Assembly (NCBI GenBank): GCA_963705505.1
Contig: CAVPJU010000006.1
Span: 384,001 to 448,000 of the forward strand
Source: an uncultured bacterium
Lineage (GTDB): Bacteria > Desulfobacterota_D > UBA1144 > Nemesobacterales > UBA2774
Direction of reading: 5' to 3'
Length of the DNA: 64,000 nt
In this document: piece by piece, positions 58,417 through 64,000 of the stretch
Position numbering within the stretch: the stretch's first letter is position 1
Layout: the number at the start of each line of letters is the position of its first letter
Translations under genes and position numbers: made by a program
The notes under the pieces: generated by a model
The model's input: the letters and a program-made list of their open reading frames with translations, nothing else
What the model was told of the DNA's origin: nothing
Database searches by the model: none

Positions 58417-59004
58417 ATGAAAGTAACTGTGTTTTATGATTATATCTGCCCCTTCTGCTATATAGCTTCTAAAAATCTCGAGACGCTTTCCGGTGAGTTC
58501 GATCTGGATATCGATTGGAAAGGCATAGAGATTCACCCGGAATACCCCGCCGCCGGAGAAAAAAGCTCCGGGTCTCTTAGGTCATTGAAAGCGGGACAAA
58601 TAATTAAACAAACCGCGGAAGAAAGCGGGATCCAGATTACCCTTCCCGGGTTCAGGACAAACTCGAGGCTGAGCCTCGAAGCTTCGGAATTTGCCAAAAC
58701 CAGAGACCTATTTAAAGGTATTCATAAAGCGATTTATGAAGCCTATTTCCTGAAGAGAAAGAATATAGGTGATGTAAGGATAATCCTGGAAATAGGAGAA
58801 ACAGCGGGAATCGACAGGGCTCTACTCGAAGAATCCATAAATCAGAGATCGATGTTTCATAAAATTGAGGAAAACAAAAAGGCCGCCCGGGGATTTCAGG
58901 TATTAGGAGTCCCTACCCTTATTTTAGGAAATTTCCCCGTTCACGGAAATCAGTCGCTTGAAACATTGAGGCATATGATCAGAAGGGCCATTGAAAGGTC
59001 TTAG
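58417..59004 (+). CDS. DsbA/FrnE family oxidoreductase
   Basis: DYICPFCY and GVPT cis-Pro motif. Confidence 0.88.
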   Translation: MKVTVFYDYICPFCYIASKNLETLSGEFDLDIDWKGIEIHPEYPAAGEKSSGSLRSLKAGQIIKQTAEESGIQITLPGFRTNSRLSLEASEFAKTRDLFKGIHKAIYEAYFLKRKNIGDVRIILEIGETAGIDRALLEESINQRSMFHKIEENKKAARGFQVLGVPTLILGNFPVHGNQSLETLRHMIRRAIERS

Positions 59005-59052
59005 CCAGGGCTCACCCACCCCCCCAAGCCAAGCGCGATAAAATATCATTCT

Positions 59053-59105
59053 AAAATAAAAAGCCCCTCCCCCCGCAATCGCAAGGGAAGGGGCTTATTT
59101 TTTAT
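59053..59105. terminator. Bidirectional intrinsic terminator between convergent genes
   Basis: AAGCCCCT..AGGGGCTT stem flanked by A-run and T-run. Confidence 0.75.
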
Positions 59106-59154
59106 CACATCGAAGAGAGAAGGCTCTGAAGCCTCAACTGCGATGCATTAATTT

Positions 59155-60752
59155 CTATTTAAAGAACTGATCGATGAAGATCATCAATCTGCCCTGTACA
59201 GTCCACGGTGTAGAATTGTAATTTACATTATCCGGGGCTATATCGTTTGCACCCAACGTGTTGAGAGCCTGCTGCGTGAGCAAGTCATCCAAGCTGCTGC
59301 CCGGGAATACTACGCCGCCGATAAGGTCCAGATTAACACCGGGGTACATATGCCACGTAAGCGTGCCTTCAACCTCCGTAGCCATGTATGTGCCCAAGTT
59401 AAGACCGGTATAGTCACTGCCGCCTATTGCAGCCGCGCTGGGGTTATGCGTTTCATTGTTGAAAGCTACGAGCACCTGAGGAGTAAAGGAGATCTCGTCG
59501 ATCAGCTTAACCGTACCCCAAGCCCTGGCATAGTACGCGTTGTATACGCTGCTCTCTACCTGGTAGATGTTCGGAATCATGTTCTTGAAAAGAAGGTTGT
59601 CGATATTGTAGGCAGGGTTAAAGAATATCGCACCACCGTTAACACTGCTCGATGCCCCATTATCGCCCGCTGCCCATCCGAACTCAGCCGCGATCAATTT
59701 CATCGGCCAGCCCGGATAAACTTCGGCTCTTGCAGCCCAGATGATGTTTCCTGCACTGAGGTCAATACTGCCACCACCGAGAGAAGCCGGTAAATCGATT
59801 GTACCCCAGGCTCCCTGAAGCTCACCAACTAATCTCCAAAGATCGGTCTTATAATCGATCAAACCGGAATAAAGGGTTAAACGGCTAAGGTCTATACCGA
59901 TGTTGCTGCGGCCCGGCATTCGGCGGACACTCCAGGGTCGGCACCACTAGTCGGAACACTTCCGAGTATGTTGTTCTGATGGATGTACGGGAATATATAA
60001 CCGCCAATCGTTAAGTTACCACCCCCAACGTTCGGGTTGTTGAAAATAAGAGCCGCTGCGGCTACGTCGTATCCGTTGCCCTGGGCAGTAACTACGCTGT
60101 TACCCTGTGTGAATATATCCGATACCAACACGAAGGTAATAGACGAAGACCCGGCAGCGAAAGACTTAAGATAGAGGAACCTGTCAACTACGAAACCGAG
60201 GTCGGAATAAGGATCCCAACCGCCGTTCGCAAGAATTCCGAGACCCCAGTCAAAAGGCTGACGGCCAACCCTGATGAACCCGAGGTTATGCGGCAGAACT
60301 ATATCCGCATGTAACATCCTGACATCAAAAAATCCGGGGTCGTCTATAGCCCTTGGACCGGTCAGGATAGCGCCTCTGAACCTGTCACTGAAAGATATGC
60401 TGGAATTTACAACAGTGTTGCCTCCTCCAAGGAACCCTGTTGTCGCTCCTCCCCAAATATTGTTGTCAAACACGTTGAGCTGCGCTCTGATCGTGACTGC
60501 GTCGCTGAGCACCAGCTGAGGAGTTAAACGCAGAGTGGTATCCATAAAAAAGATTTGGTCATCGGCGTTGGAATATCCCAGTTGCTGAGCATTGGTGTCG
60601 CTCAATGCGGATATAAAGGTTGCGTGATCAATAAAACGCGCTCTTGTACGCATGTAACTCGGGAATCCGCCCAAGCTGAGTTCAACAGCGAATGAAGGTG
60701 CGGCTATACAAAGAGCCAATAAAAACATAACAAGCCATTTGGCTTTACTCAT
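59155..60752 (-). CDS. Putative outer-membrane beta-barrel/porin; one-base-deletion frameshift at ~59900-59945
   Basis: Signal peptide (AAPSFA), LRLTPQL, RVGRQPFDWGLGILANGG, amphipathic strands; ORFs 59892..60752 and 59155..59919 join to 533 codons with +1 base. Confidence 0.7.
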
Positions 60753-60794
60753 CTCTCCTTACCTCCTTTGATTTAGTTTTAAAGTTCTGACCTT

Positions 60795-60823
60795 ACTTTA
60801 TATAAATTACATCTTTTTGTCAA
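60795..60823 (-). promoter_or_regulatory. Sigma70-type promoter of the putative porin
   Basis: TTGACA-N17-TAAAGT on minus strand; AGGAGG RBS downstream. Confidence 0.6.
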
Positions 60824-61059
60824 GAGGTTTTTTTGCCGCCTTACGTAACCCTCTCGACTCTTCTCTCCGATTTACACATTCTAACACTCTTTGTTTAAAA
60901 AATCCAGTTCTAATTTGAAAAAAATGTAAAAATTCTCTAAATCCCACGCACCAATTGTACACCATTTTTAATGTATAAAATACGCTGTGAAAAAAGAACC
61001 GAACCTAAACGCAGTCTTAACGGTAAATTGATATCATATTAACAATAGAACCCTATATT

Positions 61060-61797
61060 ATGGATAATATGAAAATTCTAATAATATCAGATATCCACGC
61101 AAACTGGCAGGCGCTTCAGGCCGTGCTTGCCAAGGAGAGTTACGACGCGCTTATCTTCCTGGGCGATGTAGTCGATTTCGGCCCGGACCCGAAAAACTGC
61201 GTCAATTTCCTGATCAAATCCTCAAAAGCGCGTTTTTGGGGTGTAAGGGGGGACCATGACCACGCGCTTGCTTTCGGGTCGAACAGCAACTGCGCCGAGG
61301 AGCTGAAGAAGATCTCAAATATCACGAGGGAATGGGGGGAGTGCTTTCTCACGGGCGAGGAGGTAGGGTTCCTGAGAAGACTGCCGCTCGACAGGGATTT
61401 TTCGATCGACGGGCTTGAATTCGAGCTGGCGCACGGCTCTGACCCTTATTCCTGTATTCTTTATAATTTCGTCCGGGGCGTTGAGGAACCGAATACCGAA
61501 ACGCTTGAGCGCTTAGATGCTGAGGAAAAGCGAAAATTTATCCTTGTCGGACATTCTCATAAACCGTTTATAAAAATTATGGGGAATACGACGATACTCA
61601 ATCCCGGCTCCGTAGGGCAGCCTCGGGACCACGACCCGAGAGCCTCCTACGCGGTAATCGAGAACGGCGAGGCTTCGATCAGGCGGGCGGGGTACGACAT
61701 CGAGAAAACGGTCAAGGACCTGGAAAGGAGCGGAATGCCCTATGAAGTAAGGGGCAGGCTTATATCGATGCTCGTTTCAGGATCCCTCGTGAATTAA
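61060..61797 (+). CDS. Metallophosphoesterase (calcineurin-like, YfcE/MPP family)
   Basis: SDIHAN, LGDVVDFGP, GDHD, AHGS, GHSH, NPGSVGQPRD. Confidence 0.9.
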   Translation: MDNMKILIISDIHANWQALQAVLAKESYDALIFLGDVVDFGPDPKNCVNFLIKSSKARFWGVRGDHDHALAFGSNSNCAEELKKISNITREWGECFLTGEEVGFLRRLPLDRDFSIDGLEFELAHGSDPYSCILYNFVRGVEEPNTETLERLDAEEKRKFILVGHSHKPFIKIMGNTTILNPGSVGQPRDHDPRASYAVIENGEASIRRAGYDIEKTVKDLERSGMPYEVRGRLISMLVSGSLVN

Positions 61798-61992
61798 TTT
61801 TGTTTACTTCAAATACATAGAGTAAAACCCTCTAACCGCATTCCCTTTCCCGATTATAATAAAACCTGCTTCCACGAACGCCTGCCCCGGAATTAATCCC
61901 TTCGTATTTACATGCTCAAATCTAACCGCTCAAAGCTGAATATTCGGGGTGGATTCGGATTTTCCCTTCGGGATTTTTCATCCGATATAAAA

Positions 61993-62031
61993 GAAACCCG
62001 GCACAAGAGGCCGTCTCTTGTGCCGGGTTTC
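61993..62031 (-). terminator. Intrinsic terminator with perfect 17-bp stem
   Basis: GAAACCCGGCACAAGAG-N5-CTCTTGTGCCGGGTTTC, followed by T-run on minus strand. Confidence 0.8.
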
Positions 62032-62112
62032 GGAGGTTTCGGAGCCAGAATGAAAAAGGGAGATGAATCTATTTTTTCTTGCTCTTTTTATACAAGCCGG
62101 GCTCCGATCAAA

Positions 62113-63519
62113 TTAGAAATTAGCCTGAAGCTGCGCCCTGACCACATTCGCATCCACATTGGGCGCGTCTTGAGTAAACTCGTTTCTCTGAAACGTGTAG
62201 CTGACCATGACTTTCCACCGATGGTCATGCGAAATGTAATAGTTTAGTTCCGGTGTCAGCTCCCACTGTACATCGGGCTCGCTCGTATCGGGTGGTACGA
62301 CGCTTGAACCCGTATCGTAGCCTATCCAGGCATACCTTGCCGCGAGCTCCACTGTCTTAGGCATTAAGAATACGCCCGCCTGTACCCTGAACCCCTGGTC
62401 GTATGCCGTGCTCTGGCCGGTGTCAGGATTAAGCCATCTGCCGTCATACTCCGCCTCAACGTTGAAGTACTTCATTTTGAAGTTTATGTCACCCGTAATC
62501 TGCGTGAAGTCCGTCGTCTGGAACCCAAGCTGGCTGATCCTCGGGCAAACTCCGCCGTTCGGTATATTCCTGTCGCAATTAAGTCCCGGTATGGCAGCCG
62601 CGCCAAAACCTACTACGAAGGTTGGATTTTTCGCAAAATTGGGAACTATGTCGTATGCTTTTGCGGTGGCAAAAGTGCCGTTCGAATTAAACTTATAGTC
62701 ATCGTCTCCCGCCAAGCCCAGCTGAATCCTGCCGACATAGAGCAAGTTCGAGTCGATGTTTGTAACGCCTTTTGAACTGTTGTTCCCCTGCGAATTAAAC
62801 ACACCGGCGCTGTATGAAAAGTTACTGTTCGCTCCGATGCCGCCCATCAATGCCGCGCCCCGCGTCCTCTCAAGAGAGAACTGCGCATTGACTATGGACC
62901 TTTCGATTATCTGCAGCGCCGCAGTAGAAGTTAGCTCTTCCCTGTTGAAAGGGACCTTCCACTGTCCCACCCTGGGCCCGATCTCCTTCTGATACGCCGC
63001 AGTCAGATAAGCGTCCTTGAGGAGAGTGCTGCTGGCAGGGTCTATCATGAACGTATAATAGAACCAGGGCGCGAAAGCATACCCGTCCCACTTCAGCTCG
63101 AGTCTCCGAATTTGGAAATTGGTCTGCGTAAGCTTTTTATCGGTATCATTTACAAAGAGCTGGATCTGAGCCAAAGTGCTGAATTTCATCTTGAACTTAA
63201 ATCCTTTGTCGTCCGCCGACTCGAAAACAAAACCTTTATCATACTTACCTAAAAACTTGTTATACCATGCCTCCTCATCAACTGTCGCCTGCTTCGTCGC
63301 CACTTCGGCTATCTTCTCCTGATCAGCCTGTCTGGCATTTTCCAACAGCTCAATCTGCTGTTTGAGTTGTTGTATCTGCTGCTGGTTCTGGAGTTGAATG
63401 GCCTCGATCTGCTGTTTTAAATCCTGTATTTGCTGTTTAGTCGATTGCGCCTTCGCGGTGATGCCGGAAAGGGGCAGGACTAAAACTGCAATCAATAGCA
63501 GTTTCAGTAACGTCTTCAT
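62113..63519 (-). CDS. Phosphate-selective porin (OprO/OprP family) with N-terminal Gln-rich coiled coil
   Basis: Signal peptide, FQIRRLELK.DG, LKDAY, RVGQWKVPFNREEL.S, ERS, C-terminal F; divergent from PhoB-like regulator. Confidence 0.8.
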   Translation of the reverse strand: MKTLLKLLLIAVLVLPLSGITAKAQSTKQQIQDLKQQIEAIQLQNQQQIQQLKQQIELLENARQADQEKIAEVATKQATVDEEAWYNKFLGKYDKGFVFESADDKGFKFKMKFSTLAQIQLFVNDTDKKLTQTNFQIRRLELKWDGYAFAPWFYYTFMIDPASSTLLKDAYLTAAYQKEIGPRVGQWKVPFNREELTSTAALQIIERSIVNAQFSLERTRGAALMGGIGANSNFSYSAGVFNSQGNNSSKGVTNIDSNLLYVGRIQLGLAGDDDYKFNSNGTFATAKAYDIVPNFAKNPTFVVGFGAAAIPGLNCDRNIPNGGVCPRISQLGFQTTDFTQITGDINFKMKYFNVEAEYDGRWLNPDTGQSTAYDQGFRVQAGVFLMPKTVELAARYAWIGYDTGSSVVPPDTSEPDVQWELTPELNYYISHDHRWKVMVSYTFQRNEFTQDAPNVDANVVRAQLQANF

Positions 63520-63569
63520 CTCTCGACTTCCTCCTTTTAAAGAATTTGGAGAAGATAATAGAGAGATAT

Positions 63570-63608
63570 CATTAATTTGATGTGAAATTAATGTTAAGAT
63601 ACGGTTAA
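63570..63608 (-). promoter_or_regulatory. Putative Pho box (OmpR/PhoB-family tandem sites)
   Basis: Minus-strand TTAACC, TTAACA, TTCACA, TTAATG at exact 11-bp period. Confidence 0.65.
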
Positions 63609-63693
63609 GGGGGGTTCGGCATTATTGCATGTAGAGACTTATCGTTTAATCTAATGATATGGTTTCCTTTATACTTAGAATAGGTTAGGTGAT

Positions 63694-64000
63694 ATGACTG
63701 AAAAATTGATCACAATAGTAGACGATGAAGAAGACATCGTTAAGCTCGTAAGCCACCACCTGAAAAGAGAGGGGTTCAAGGTAAAGGAGTTCCACAACGG
63801 GAGGGACTTCCTATCCTACATAGAATCCGTGGTTCCCGACCTTGCAGTGCTCGACATCATGCTCCCCGGAATAGACGGGCTTGAGATTTGCAGAATACTC
63901 AAAAACAAGTCGACGACTTCTTCCGTGCCCATCATTATGCTGACGGCCAAAGCCTCTGAAGCGGACGTGGTCGTAGGGCTTGAGCTCGGGGCCGACGACT
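63694..64000 (+). CDS. OmpR/PhoB-family response regulator, receiver domain (3' truncated; not in ORF track)
   Basis: MTEKLITIVDDEEDIVKLV...PDLAVLDIMLPGIDGLEICR...PIIMLTAKASEADVVVGLELGADD. Confidence 0.92.
   Translation, partial: MTEKLITIVDDEEDIVKLVSHHLKREGFKVKEFHNGRDFLSYIESVVPDLAVLDIMLPGIDGLEICRILKNKSTTSSVPIIMLTAKASEADVVVGLELGADD

Noticed and set aside
61912..62247. 111-aa plus-strand ORF
   Set aside because: Spans a terminator hairpin and overlaps the porin 3' end in antisense; no motifs
63340..63440. CAG/CAA-rich stretch as a DNA repeat
   Set aside because: Explained by the Gln-rich coiled coil at the porin N-terminus

Overview
A 64-kb bacterial chromosomal window from a diderm (TonB-dependent receptor, porins, MlaD, LapA). 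Gene order and protein style suggest a deltaproteobacterial/Desulfobacterota-like lineage such as Ca. Dadabacteria; this taxonomy is inference only. Most of the window is housekeeping: maf-yggS-proC-yggT-yggU, fabH, aroA-cmk-rpsA-sppA-HIT-lapA, lipA, apgM, mazG and purH. It also carries a cobalamin-riboswitch-controlled B12 uptake operon, four LLM-class oxidoreductases plus npdG, a murQ-anmK-nagZ-SSS peptidoglycan recycling operon, a glycosylation/ABC export cluster, a tRNA-Gly(CCC) with a ~1-kb integrase-less islet, and a phosphate porin/PhoB-like locus with 11-bp-periodic boxes. The most unusual element is at ~21.2-21.9 kb: three ~150-bp tandem units, each with its own RBS and a hydrophobic ORF. 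Two encode 22-aa peptides missed by the ORF track and one encodes a 76-aa version with a Pro-rich tail and duplicated DPFK motif; the substitution pattern suggests selection on the peptides. Five genes carry single-base frameshifts, most likely assembly errors. No CRISPR array, rRNA, integrase or transposase was seen. All product calls come from motif recognition by eye, not from database searches.
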